A stretch of DNA of 64,000 nucleotides from an uncultured delta proteobacterium (lineage in GTDB: Bacteria > Desulfobacterota > Syntrophia > Syntrophales > UBA2185), in the NCBI GenBank assembly GCA_963729715.1, contig CAVSPA010000007.1:1-64000 (forward strand), given 5' to 3'. Under the pieces are notes generated by a model, which saw only the letters and a list, made by a program, of their open reading frames with translations, was not told the DNA's origin and did not search any database. Position numbers and translations under genes: made by a program. Shown here one piece after another: positions 1 to 9,701 of this stretch (positions are counted from its first letter, which is position 1; the number at the start of each line of letters is the position of its first letter).

Positions 1-577
1 AAGCCTCTTCTGCCCCAAGGGTAGAATAGTGATCGATTTTCAGGAGAATACTGCTGAGCTTGCTTTCCGTAAAATGTTCGATCGGAACGTCCAGTGCCTC
101 GATAGATCCCTTCACTTCTATGGCCTCGTGAACTGTGGCTGCTGTCATGTGACCGAGATTCTTTTGAAAAAGTCTGATGATTTGGTCCGGCCACCACCCA
201 GCATGCCGGATCCATCGCCCCTGGAAAAAATTTTTTCGCGGGAAACTGTAGCCGGCCGTTTTGAAGTCTGTGTTTGAGATAATTTGCTTGATTTTTGAGG
301 CCGTCTCCGGAGGAATAAGCTCATCAGCATCGAGAACAAGAATCCAGGGTTGCAGGCATTGATCAATGGCTAACTGCTTTTGCGCCCCAAAACCTCCCCG
401 CCAGGATTCAACAAACACATTACAGCCGAAGTCAGATGCAATTTTAACAGTATCATCTGTACTGCCGGAATCGACGACGACAATTTGCGCTGCAAAGTAA
501 AGGCTTTTGAGGCAATTAGGTAGATTGGCTGCCTCATCTTTCGTGATGATAGCTACCGAAAGGGGGATTTTATTCAT
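1..577 (-). CDS. Glycosyltransferase family 2, LPS core beta-1,4-glucosyltransferase (WaaE/KdtX-like); runs off the window edge
   Basis: Not in the ORF track. Manual translation from ATG at 577 gives MNKIPLSVAIITKDEAANLPNCL...VVVDSGSTDDT...WILVLDADE...VHE, typical of this family. Start overlaps the stop of the upstream gene. Confidence 0.88.
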   Translation of the reverse strand, partial: MNKIPLSVAIITKDEAANLPNCLKSLYFAAQIVVVDSGSTDDTVKIASDFGCNVFVESWRGGFGAQKQLAIDQCLQPWILVLDADELIPPETASKIKQIISNTDFKTAGYSFPRKNFFQGRWIRHAGWWPDQIIRLFQKNLGHMTAATVHEAIEVKGSIEALDVPIEHFTESKLSSILLKIDHYSTLGAEEA

Positions 578-1250
578 GATAGCGATCCAATATCATCAAT
601 CCGTTGCAATGGGTGTAATGCCTGATCAGCCATCCCTTTTTATAGTCGATAAAATCTGTTTCTTCAGCGAAGGACTGGTCAAAATAGTTTTCAATCGCCC
701 TTATCACACCCCGCTCATTGTTCCATCCTTTGCCACGGCTGCCATCCTTCCTTATAAAGACTTTCCTTAGATTGGTATCGTGAAAGATGGCCTTTGATCG
801 TGCTGATAAGAAGGGAAACCAAGCCTTAATCTCACGTAAGGTATGTTCATATAAGTGGCTGGTATCTATGAAAAGGATATCGATGTGGGGCTCGATACCG
901 TTTTCTTTACACCAATCCTTGAAATATCTCGCAAATTCAATATCATCCATTTTAAGAAAATGGCGATTTTTATACGAAGCTACTTCTTTGCGATCTTCGA
1001 TATCTACACTTACCAATTTAGCGTTCCAGAGCTTTGCCACTCGTTCTAACACAAAAGTCGATTCACCATCCCCGGCTCCCAGTTCAACAATTAACCGGGG
1101 TTCGAGTCCGAGACACTCGAAGAAAAGTGTCGCCAGATGGTCACAGATGTCTGTTTTAAATTCTGCGCGTTTCCTGATGACCTTGAGCGTCTTCTGAAGA
1201 ACTCCCATCGGTGTTTCCAGCAAAAGAATACGATTTCGTAATTTACTCAT
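570..1250 (-). CDS. Class I SAM-dependent methyltransferase (Methyltransf_24-like)
   Basis: IVELGAGDGEST motif I, SVDI, ILFIDTSHLYEHT and IFHD motifs. Confidence 0.8.
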   Translation of the reverse strand: MSKLRNRILLLETPMGVLQKTLKVIRKRAEFKTDICDHLATLFFECLGLEPRLIVELGAGDGESTFVLERVAKLWNAKLVSVDIEDRKEVASYKNRHFLKMDDIEFARYFKDWCKENGIEPHIDILFIDTSHLYEHTLREIKAWFPFLSARSKAIFHDTNLRKVFIRKDGSRGKGWNNERGVIRAIENYFDQSFAEETDFIDYKKGWLIRHYTHCNGLMILDRYHE

Positions 1251-1267
1251 ATATGCTTGTTGACCCG

Positions 1268-2191
1268 TTAGAAGTAGTCGATGGCCTGTTCATATGGCAA
1301 ATAGGTATTGTGTTTGAACGTCTCATAAAACTTCGGATAGTTTGCAATTGATTTGTTTTTTAATGGTTTATATATACTGATATATGAATCTATTTGAGGC
1401 CATTTGCGGTCCCATATCTTTTTTGTTTCCATTGGCCAGTTATCCAGATACCCCTCATGACTCCTATCTTTTGATTGATTCTTCTCCGTCACCTTGTGGT
1501 AATGCCACAGAAAGGAATCCATACTAATACCGGTGCAGCCGCCAGCCATAAAACACCTGAGGGAAAAGTCATTATTTTCGTAGGAGGCTTTCCACTGTTC
1601 GTCGAAATAGCCGACCTTTTCAAAAATAGATTTTCTCCAGAACATGACATTCAATTCAACCCCGATGCAGCGTAGATAATTTTTCGATTTGCCGTTAAAA
1701 AGCGGTTCTAACAAGGAGGTCTTTTCTGCCCTGAGTTGGCCCAGATCGACACGATCAGATCCATAAGGTTCGGATGGCAGCCATGTCTGATAATCAATAT
1801 CACTTTTATCTGTAAAGGATGTCGCCTGATAAACTTCCGGAATTTGCACCTTTTCGTATAAATCTTCATCCATTCCGGTGGTGATCACAACATCGGAGGT
1901 GATTAATCCTATGACAGGCGACTTGCATGTCCTGACGAACAGATTTATGGCCCGGCTGATGCCGATGTTACGATTGAGGAAAATCGTGGAAAACCCGAAC
2001 TGGTTCTGTTTTTCAATCAACCAACTCCTGTGATTGAATGTTGAACCCTGGTCTAACAGAAAAACGTCGCATCTCAAATGTTTACTCTTCCGCTGGTAGA
2101 AAGTGTCTATGGCGTCATTCAAGACGTCCGTTGCCTTCTGTTCGCCGGCCGGGTTGTAGTTCAAGATCAAATAAGCAATGTCGGGAATCAT
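1268..2191 (-). CDS. Glycosyltransferase family 2 (GT-A fold)
   Basis: ILNYN, LLDQGS, RNIGISRAIN, KVGYFDE...YENNDFSLR, LWHY. Confidence 0.8.
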   Translation of the reverse strand: MIPDIAYLILNYNPAGEQKATDVLNDAIDTFYQRKSKHLRCDVFLLDQGSTFNHRSWLIEKQNQFGFSTIFLNRNIGISRAINLFVRTCKSPVIGLITSDVVITTGMDEDLYEKVQIPEVYQATSFTDKSDIDYQTWLPSEPYGSDRVDLGQLRAEKTSLLEPLFNGKSKNYLRCIGVELNVMFWRKSIFEKVGYFDEQWKASYENNDFSLRCFMAGGCTGISMDSFLWHYHKVTEKNQSKDRSHEGYLDNWPMETKKIWDRKWPQIDSYISIYKPLKNKSIANYPKFYETFKHNTYLPYEQAIDYF

Positions 2192-2314
2192 ATAACTCCG
2201 CCTTAATCAGGAAATGATTTAAAATCAAATGCATTGAGGTTTATAATTACATTTTACAATGTTTTTTATAGCACAGTTGCCTGATGATTAATATGATGAA
2301 ATTAATAAGAAGTT

Positions 2315-3094
2315 GTGTTAATAGCGCTTATGCGTTTCATGATATCTGTTAAAGGGATGCCTTTTTTTGTTTTCTTAAAGAAGTTCCCCACCTTTCTGCG
2401 TGAATACGCGGAGATCAGGGCCCAAGCGGAAAAGATGGGGAAAGATTTCCCCTTCGCCAAGCTTTATCCCTGTCTCGAAGAAAGGGATGAAGAAAGCGGC
2501 GCCATCGCTGAGCATTATTTCCTCCAGGATCTCCTTGTCGCCCAGAAGATTTTTAAGATGAAACGCCCATCAAGGCATGTGGACATCGGTTCCCGTATCG
2601 ACGGGTTCGTGGGACATTTAGCTTCTTTCCGGGAAGTAGAGGTTTTTGATGTCCGCGGCCAAAATCTCGATATTGCCAACATCCACTTTACCCGGGCAGA
2701 CCTCACGGCTACAGATTTTTCTTTCGTCGATTACTGCGACTCCCTTTCGTGCCTGCACGCCATGGAACACTTCGGCCTCGGACGCTACGGGGATCGTTTG
2801 AACTATCGAGGCCATCTCGTCGGCTGGGACAATATGTTCAGAATGCTAAAACAGGGCGGTAAATTCTATTTTTCCGTTCCCATCGGCGAACAGCGGATCG
2901 AGTTCAATGCCCACCGGGTCTTTTCTGTTGCCTACTTGCTTCGTCTCATGGAGGGACGCTACGACATAGATTCTTTCTCTTATATAAACGACGAAAATCG
3001 ACTTATCACCCATGCGGTTCTTGACGAGAAATCCGTGGTAAACAACTTTGGCTGTCATTATGGTTGCGGTATCTTCGAACTTACGAAGCGCTGA
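2315..3094 (+). CDS. DUF268-family protein (SAM methyltransferase-like fold); start uncertain
   Basis: HVDIGSRIDGFV, SLSCLHAMEHFGLGRYGD and FNAHRVF signatures. Confidence 0.8.
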   Translation: MLIALMRFMISVKGMPFFVFLKKFPTFLREYAEIRAQAEKMGKDFPFAKLYPCLEERDEESGAIAEHYFLQDLLVAQKIFKMKRPSRHVDIGSRIDGFVGHLASFREVEVFDVRGQNLDIANIHFTRADLTATDFSFVDYCDSLSCLHAMEHFGLGRYGDRLNYRGHLVGWDNMFRMLKQGGKFYFSVPIGEQRIEFNAHRVFSVAYLLRLMEGRYDIDSFSYINDENRLITHAVLDEKSVVNNFGCHYGCGIFELTKR

Positions 3095-3378
3095 TGGGCC
3101 GAAACGCATTCATGAGATGCCGCTTTTCAGTTGGATTTTAGATTTCAGAAAAATAATAGAAAATATTCATGAAGAGTTTTTGTGCGATTGAACGTTTGTT
3201 CACCATTTTAAATAAAACGTTACCTGTGCTATTGGGAACCATCGTTTTTTCAACCCATTTTCTAACCTGACAACCATGGCAGAAATCTAACTCTAAATGT
3301 GGCACAAGTTTTAAGGACAGGTCTGGGGCAAAATGGATTTTCGTTCACAACAGCAGAAACGGAGAAAATTACAACAGT

Positions 3379-4662
3379 ATGAACCAACTCTCCATTTTTA
3401 ACTTCCAGAATAGATATCAGCGGGTATTTGCATTTCTTAATCAGTGCATTCCCGTATTGATTTGTATATTCATTTTTTGCAATCCTTTCCCGCATACAAC
3501 TGCAATCACGAATATAAGTTTTTATCTTACAATTTTAATTGTACTGGTTTTAATTGTTTTCAAACGAAATCGATTTATATTCAAAACACCCCTAACATAC
3601 CCCTTGATGCTTTTTTTGTTATGGTCATTTCTAAGTATTTTCTGGGCGCTGAATATAGAAAATAGCCTCCATGATGTATGGGGGCATTTGGTAAATCATA
3701 TCATCCTCTTTTTTTTATTGATCAATTTTTTCAACTCGAGGAAGAGGCTTGCCATACTGTCATGGACGGTTGTAATTTCAGCCGCTGCTTTTTCGTTAGT
3801 GGGAATGTTTTATTACTATGTGATCATTGGTGATTCGATCCATGCAACGAGGTTTGGATTTTTATTGAGCAACTCGGTTAACTGGTCAACGGAACTTCCT
3901 GTAAATTTTATCGGAACAATTACGGTCTTTGCCATCATCTTATGTTTGCACTTATCTTATCAGGAGTTTCGTTTGTATCGCCATGTGGCTATCATCACCT
4001 GCATGATTCCAACATTAATCGCTACGATCTTGACTCAGTGCAGGGGGACTTTTGTTGCTCTGATTATTGCAATAATCATCCAATTATTTATCAAGGCAAA
4101 AAAGATCCTGCTGCTTTTCGTGCTGGCCATAGCAGTAATTCTCATGTGGTTCCCCTCGCAAGATAGAATGATTGCCAACTCTTTCAAGGAACGTCTGAAA
4201 ATCAATTATTTCACCTATGAAGTGATCAAGGATTATCCATTAACGGGAATCGGCTTCGGCATGCAAACATTTGTCAATGATATTGATAAAAATTTGTATA
4301 TGAAAAGACTACCAGAAGAATATAGACCTGCAACAGTTTACACACCCCATAATCTGTTGTTGGACATTGCGGTAAGGCTCGGCGTGATTGGTCTGATATT
4401 ATTTTTATCCATAATTTTCGCCTTCGGAAAAATATGTTGGAAAACCATGAAATATGCAAGAGATGAAGAAATCAAAGGCTATGCGGAGTGCATGGCCATT
4501 TCATTCAGCGCTTACTTCACAATCGGAGTAGCGGAACCTGTTTTTCTGTTTAGTGCCTCGGCAATCGTGTTTTACATCATACTTGCAATCATGACTATTT
4601 TATGGCGCCTCAATAGAAATGAGGATACATCACCATTTTGTTCCGGCCGAAACCTAGCTTGA
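3379..4662 (+). CDS. O-antigen ligase family membrane protein (Wzy_C/WaaL-like)
   Basis: Many TM segments; LTQCRG, YPLTGIGFG, TPHNLLLDIAVRLGVIGL. Confidence 0.85.
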   Translation: MNQLSIFNFQNRYQRVFAFLNQCIPVLICIFIFCNPFPHTTAITNISFYLTILIVLVLIVFKRNRFIFKTPLTYPLMLFLLWSFLSIFWALNIENSLHDVWGHLVNHIILFFLLINFFNSRKRLAILSWTVVISAAAFSLVGMFYYYVIIGDSIHATRFGFLLSNSVNWSTELPVNFIGTITVFAIILCLHLSYQEFRLYRHVAIITCMIPTLIATILTQCRGTFVALIIAIIIQLFIKAKKILLLFVLAIAVILMWFPSQDRMIANSFKERLKINYFTYEVIKDYPLTGIGFGMQTFVNDIDKNLYMKRLPEEYRPATVYTPHNLLLDIAVRLGVIGLILFLSIIFAFGKICWKTMKYARDEEIKGYAECMAISFSAYFTIGVAEPVFLFSASAIVFYIILAIMTILWRLNRNEDTSPFCSGRNLA

Positions 4663-4704
4663 GGTGCTTGTATTTGTGTCAACTGCAAACAAATAAGGAT
4701 TAAA

Positions 4705-5673
4705 ATGGATATTCAAAAAGCCATCAAAACAGCTATTGAGCAGTTCGGTTCTGAAACAGAATCCCTGGAATTCTTGCCTGAAAATCGCTACAATAAAAAT
4801 ATGTTTCCGACGACCGGACAGTATGACTGGTTTTCCGGTCAGATCCTGTACTGCCTGATCCGTTACTTAAAACCCCGGCGCATTCTGGAGGTTTCAACAG
4901 CTTCCGGCTATGCGACCATGTTTATGGCGATGGCTTTGAAACAAAATAAATGGGGTAAGGTTGATACCTTTGAATTGGATGCCAAAGCTGCAAAAGCAGC
5001 AGTCAAACTTTTCAAACAATATGATGTGGATGCCTTTGTCGAATCCTATGTAGGAGATGCGAGGAGAATATCGGCTGCAACACCATCCGATTACAACATC
5101 TATTTTTTAGACAGTCTCCATACGGAAGATTTCGCCCGCTGGTTTATTGACAAGCATATCATGCGTTCGGACCGGATAGACGCCCTCTTCCATATGCACG
5201 ATATCCTGCCGCTGCACGCGCATGTCCGCCGCTGGAATGCTCCACCGTTCGAAAGCGATGAATTTGATGAGAAACCCAAGCAATCAATGTTCGAAAAGAT
5301 TAAAGACAAGATACATCACTTGGTCCAAATACCGCGCCTTCAGGAAGAGCAGCGAGTTCCCATCCGGATCCATCCTCCGGACAAGCCGGGTGTGTTGCAA
5401 ACCTTTGATGGGAATTGTACCACCGAAGCCATTTGGGGGAATAAACTGGCAGCCTTAATGAAGCCGGAAGACAATGTTTTTCTTTACGATATTACCGATG
5501 ATTACCCGCAGATGACACCAAGAAAATATGATCATGCCGCTATCGGCCGTTCTGACAGCAATAATATCCCGATGGAATGGAACGAGTCCTGGTGGTGTAG
5601 TGTAGCTGCCATCAAGGTGGCATACCGTCAATTTAATGAGACGCAACAAGAAGAGAGCAGCGACAATGTCTGA
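4705..5673 (+). CDS. Class I SAM-dependent methyltransferase with C-terminal extension
   Basis: LIRYLKPRRILEVSTASGYAT, TFEL, FLDSLH, HMHD. Confidence 0.75.
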   Translation: MDIQKAIKTAIEQFGSETESLEFLPENRYNKNMFPTTGQYDWFSGQILYCLIRYLKPRRILEVSTASGYATMFMAMALKQNKWGKVDTFELDAKAAKAAVKLFKQYDVDAFVESYVGDARRISAATPSDYNIYFLDSLHTEDFARWFIDKHIMRSDRIDALFHMHDILPLHAHVRRWNAPPFESDEFDEKPKQSMFEKIKDKIHHLVQIPRLQEEQRVPIRIHPPDKPGVLQTFDGNCTTEAIWGNKLAALMKPEDNVFLYDITDDYPQMTPRKYDHAAIGRSDSNNIPMEWNESWWCSVAAIKVAYRQFNETQQEESSDNV

Positions 5674-6805
5674 TGTGCGTAAAATCGCTGTCGTGATTCC
5701 CAAGTATGGTCTCATAGGCGGGGCGGAGGGATATGCTGCAGAATTGACAGAACGGCTTGCTCTCAACCCCGGATATGATATTCATGTCTTTGCCAACCAG
5801 TGGGATGCCCGGTCTGATCGGATCACCTTTCATAAAGTTCCTATTATAAGCTTTCCAAAATTTCTGACAACAATCAGTTTTGCCTGCTTCGTAAGAAACA
5901 AAATAGCGAGGATGCATTTTGATCTCATACATACCCATGAGAGAATATTTGAGGCCGATATGTATACGATGCATGGCACTCCTCACAGATTCTGGATTCA
6001 TGAGGTCCGCAAGAAACACATGAGTCTTCATGACCATGCCACAGAGTGGGTGGAAAAGATTTTAATAAAGAATATGAGATGCAGAAGATTCCTCTCCGTA
6101 TCACATTTGACGAAGGAAAAGTTTCTGCAGGTCTACAATGTTGATCCGGAAAAAATACAGGTAATTCACCCCGGCGTTGATCTGGAAAGATTTCGAAGTT
6201 TCGATCGAGAACAATGCCGTCAGGAAATAAGAAACCTGTGGGGAATAGACCAATCTGACGTTGTTATTCTTTTCGTTTCCATGAACTTTGATATCAAGGG
6301 CCTTGATCCACTAATAGCGGCAGTGGCAAAAACGAAGGCGAACTGCCCGGAAGAAAAAATAAAATTGCTCGTCGTGGGAAAAGGTGACGAAAAGAAATAC
6401 AGACGGATGGCAAAGAGCATGGGAATTGGCGACGATGTCATTTTCGCCGGCGTGCACAGAGAAAAACTCGGACCTATATATATGGCCAGTGATGTATTTT
6501 CCATTCTTTCAAAATTCGACACATTCGCCATCACCGTCCGGGAGGCAATGGCTGCTTCCCTGCCCGTCGTAGTGAGCGGCAATGTTGGTGCGAAGGACAT
6601 CGTAAAACAGGGCATCAATGGATTTGTCATAGAAGAAAGAATGGATATAGATGCAATCAGCGAAAAAATAGGCCTTCTCTTGAACAGAGAATTGAGGATA
6701 AGGATGGGAGAAGCTGCCTATGAGACGGCCATGAATAACTCTTGGGAGACTGTCGCAAGAAAATACGAACTCATCTATGATGAGTTACTGGAACGACCTT
6801 CATAA
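5666..6805 (+). CDS. Glycosyltransferase family 4 (WaaG/RfaG-like LPS core)
   Basis: YGLIGGAEGY, HPGVD, KGL, DTFAITVREAMAASLPVVVS; ATG at 5666 overlaps the upstream stop. Confidence 0.88.
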   Translation: MSDVRKIAVVIPKYGLIGGAEGYAAELTERLALNPGYDIHVFANQWDARSDRITFHKVPIISFPKFLTTISFACFVRNKIARMHFDLIHTHERIFEADMYTMHGTPHRFWIHEVRKKHMSLHDHATEWVEKILIKNMRCRRFLSVSHLTKEKFLQVYNVDPEKIQVIHPGVDLERFRSFDREQCRQEIRNLWGIDQSDVVILFVSMNFDIKGLDPLIAAVAKTKANCPEEKIKLLVVGKGDEKKYRRMAKSMGIGDDVIFAGVHREKLGPIYMASDVFSILSKFDTFAITVREAMAASLPVVVSGNVGAKDIVKQGINGFVIEERMDIDAISEKIGLLLNRELRIRMGEAAYETAMNNSWETVARKYELIYDELLERPS

Positions 6806-6810
6806 ATATC

Positions 6811-7692
6811 ATGGATTTGTCTATTGTCATCGTATCATATAACACATCAGACCTGATTGGAACTTGCCTCTCCTCGGTCACTGCGGCTGATGATGTCAGC
6901 AAAGAGGTATTTGTCATTGACAATGCATCTACAGATGGCAGTACGGCCTTGATCCGGAAAAATTTCCCTTCCGTCAGCCTCATTGTAAACACCGAAAACA
7001 GGGGATTCGCTACCGCCAACAACCAAGTCCTGCCATGGTGCAGGGGACGATACATCTTTTTCCTCAACCCGGATACCGAGGTGGTGTCAGGGGCATTCAG
7101 AGGAGCCACATCGCATATGGATGCAATGCCGCACATCGGTCTCGCGGGCACGAAATTAATCAATCCTGACGGCACGCGCCACGAATCGGTCTCTTACGGG
7201 TATCCCGGACAGAAGTATACTGGCCGTGAGCTATCGTCCCTTAAAGGTTCCATAGCCTGCGTTCAGGGCTCAAGCATGATTGTTCGTTCCGACGTGATGA
7301 AAGCTGTCGGCGGGTTCGATGAAGACTTCTTCCTTTACGGCGAGGATCAGGATCTGTGCCTGAGAATCAGGAACTCAGGGTTCGAGATCGGTTATATAGA
7401 ATCAGCGGTTGTCATCCATCTGGGGGGGCAGAGTGAGCGTCAAACTCCGCTTCCGGAATTATGGCGGAAGAAAACAAGCGCAGAGCTCCTCTTTTATGAC
7501 AAACATTATCTGCCCGACAGCATCGCACGCATCAGGAGGGCAAGCCTCCTGCAGGCACGCTGGCGGATAGCGATGCTTAATTTAACGATACCCTTTCTTA
7601 AGGACAGGGCAAAGGCCGAGGCAAAATTGATCAAATACAGGGTTACCCGCCAGGCAATGCGGGAGAACTATCAAGAACAAAAAAAGGGATGA
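6811..7692 (+). CDS. Glycosyltransferase family 2 (WbbL-like)
   Basis: SIVIVSYN, IDNASTDGS, NRGFATANN, LNPDT, GGFDEDFFLYGEDQDLCLR. Confidence 0.9.
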   Translation: MDLSIVIVSYNTSDLIGTCLSSVTAADDVSKEVFVIDNASTDGSTALIRKNFPSVSLIVNTENRGFATANNQVLPWCRGRYIFFLNPDTEVVSGAFRGATSHMDAMPHIGLAGTKLINPDGTRHESVSYGYPGQKYTGRELSSLKGSIACVQGSSMIVRSDVMKAVGGFDEDFFLYGEDQDLCLRIRNSGFEIGYIESAVVIHLGGQSERQTPLPELWRKKTSAELLFYDKHYLPDSIARIRRASLLQARWRIAMLNLTIPFLKDRAKAEAKLIKYRVTRQAMRENYQEQKKG

Positions 7693-7696
7693 ATCG

Positions 7697-8527
7697 ATGG
7701 AACGCGCCGACACAAGATGTGTTCTTTGCAACAGCGAGAAACGCACATTGTTGTACCAGCAGGGTCATTGGAGTGTTTACAGATGCTCGGATTGTGGTCT
7801 GGGTATTCTTGATCCTCGCCCTGATCAAAATGAGCGGGACGCCCTTTACCAAAGCAGTTACTTTCAGGAGCAGTATGACAAGGGTTTAGAACCGGGATCA
7901 TCGGAGATGAAACGGCGACTGTCCCACGAGGATCACCGCGTGCGCTTTTTCCGTAGTATAAAGAAGAGTGGACGGCTGCTTGATATTGGATGCGGAATGG
8001 GCTATTTCCTCCTCGCCTGCCGCAATTACGGTTACCACGTGGAAGGATTTGACATGTCTGAGGATGCAGCCGCCTACGTGAAGGGAATACTTGAGATACC
8101 GGTGAAGACCGGCGACATAGCATGTCTGCCTTATGAAAGCGAATCCTGGGATATTATTACCATGTGGCATTTTCTGGAACACACACCTGACCCGCAGTTG
8201 TATCTCAAGAAAACATGGGAGTGGCTGAAGCCGGGCGGGCTTCTGGTGGTCGACGTGCCCAACTATGCAGGAACGGATGCCCGGAAGACATGGGAACAAT
8301 GGAAGGGATGGCAGATACCCTATCACCTGTATCATTTTACTGAGCAAACCCTATGTGATATGTTATCACAATATGGATTCCGACCAATCCGTAAAAAGGA
8401 TTATCTTTCGGAATATGTAAAGGAGGCCCTTGAGAAGAACCTTTTGATGAGGCCATTTGCCCGCCTCATAGCACGATGTTATTCGGGCCACAGTATTGCC
8501 GTAGTCTCCCGAAAAGAATTATCGTAA
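7697..8527 (+). CDS. Class I SAM-dependent methyltransferase with N-terminal zinc ribbon
   Basis: CVLC...CSDCG, LLDIGCGMG, MWHFLEH, LKPGG, VPN, PYHLYHF. Confidence 0.88.
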   Translation: MERADTRCVLCNSEKRTLLYQQGHWSVYRCSDCGLGILDPRPDQNERDALYQSSYFQEQYDKGLEPGSSEMKRRLSHEDHRVRFFRSIKKSGRLLDIGCGMGYFLLACRNYGYHVEGFDMSEDAAAYVKGILEIPVKTGDIACLPYESESWDIITMWHFLEHTPDPQLYLKKTWEWLKPGGLLVVDVPNYAGTDARKTWEQWKGWQIPYHLYHFTEQTLCDMLSQYGFRPIRKKDYLSEYVKEALEKNLLMRPFARLIARCYSGHSIAVVSRKELS

Positions 8528-8603
8528 TAAGGTTGCGGTGCGTAAAGGGATCTGTTTGATAATATCATGATGAAGTGCACTTGTGCCAACCTGCAAAAAA
8601 ACC

Positions 8604-8707
8604 GTGTCCGTTCGCAGGAATGAAGTGACTGAGAGATTTTCAATATCAGTAGAAAAGATTTCTTCCAGAGTTTACCATGAGTAAAAACGAAGGGGTCGAA
8701 ATGACAC
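8604..8707. repeat. Degenerate palindromic REP/MITE-like element
   Basis: Terminal inverted repeats GTGTCCGTTCG / CGAAATGACAC (9 of 11 complementary) plus an inner imperfect hairpin. Confidence 0.5.
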
Positions 8708-8765
8708 AATGCGAACTTCCGCAGACTAGCACTATTCTTAATGATCGCAGTTAGGTATCTCATTT

Positions 8766-9701
8766 ATGGAAGACATGTCACCTCTAAATCGCTTGCTTGA
8801 TAATGGCAAATTTCGATTTGAAAAGCTCCTTCTCAAGGATATTGATAATCTCCCCGTCATAAAGATCAACGCCCCGGATATTGTAGAACAGGAAACCTGT
8901 CTGTTCCACCGGGACGTTCCTACAGGCGATGACTATTTCAGGATATTGCATCAAAAGATTTCCCGAGGATTATCAGAGCGAAGGGCAACGCCGGTTGTTC
9001 GTTTTGCCGATGGGGAATACGCATTTTATGAATACGATCTCAGCTGTAACGGCCTCTATCAGCAGGCCGAATCTGTTCGCGCCATCAGAGAGGCAATGCC
9101 GTTACATATTGGTGCCTTGAGGATACTTGCCTTATCGGGAATGCTTGCCCCTCTGATTTTCCCGGGAAATATCACCGGTAAGGCAAAAAAATCCTTCAAG
9201 CTTTTCGGCACGTCAAAAGAGGCACCATCGGCCTCCACGTTTCTTAAGTTTCTCTTTCAAAACGGGATCGTCCTGACTTCTGAGAATTACATCCCCTTCT
9301 ATGTAGTTTATGCATATCTGACGTCAGAAGATTTCATACGCCTCATCAATGGCAAAAGAGTCTGTATCCTCAATGCCGAATTCAACAGAGATTCCTGCAC
9401 AGACTGGTTTGCCAGGTTTTCGAGCCACCTTGATCTGTCGTTCGTAGAAACACCCGCCGAGTACGTTGCAACTCGATGGGATTCGATGAAGGAAGGGATT
9501 TTAAAGCAAATATCACCTGAGACCGACCTATGCATTGTTGGAGCTGGTATAGGATCGCTTCCTGTCTGCGTCGATGTGGCAATGCGGTTTTCCATCCCCG
9601 CCATCGATGCCGGGCATGTGCTCAATATGATGAACGACCGGGTGGACAAGTCCAATGGAGCGAGGCTGTATACCATCAGGAAGACTAAGAACACAGGCTG
9701 A
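8766..9701 (+). CDS. Putative GT-D fold (DUF1792-like) glycosyltransferase
   Basis: VVRFADGE near the N-terminus and IVGAG...AIDAGH near the C-terminus resemble the GT-D RFGDGE and IDIGH motifs. Confidence 0.6.
   Translation: MEDMSPLNRLLDNGKFRFEKLLLKDIDNLPVIKINAPDIVEQETCLFHRDVPTGDDYFRILHQKISRGLSERRATPVVRFADGEYAFYEYDLSCNGLYQQAESVRAIREAMPLHIGALRILALSGMLAPLIFPGNITGKAKKSFKLFGTSKEAPSASTFLKFLFQNGIVLTSENYIPFYVVYAYLTSEDFIRLINGKRVCILNAEFNRDSCTDWFARFSSHLDLSFVETPAEYVATRWDSMKEGILKQISPETDLCIVGAGIGSLPVCVDVAMRFSIPAIDAGHVLNMMNDRVDKSNGARLYTIRKTKNTG

Noticed and set aside
2292..2351. Possible frameshifted 5' end of the DUF268 gene (upstream ATG in another frame)
   Set aside because: Cannot be distinguished from a simple alternative start without homolog alignment; the conserved domain is intact.
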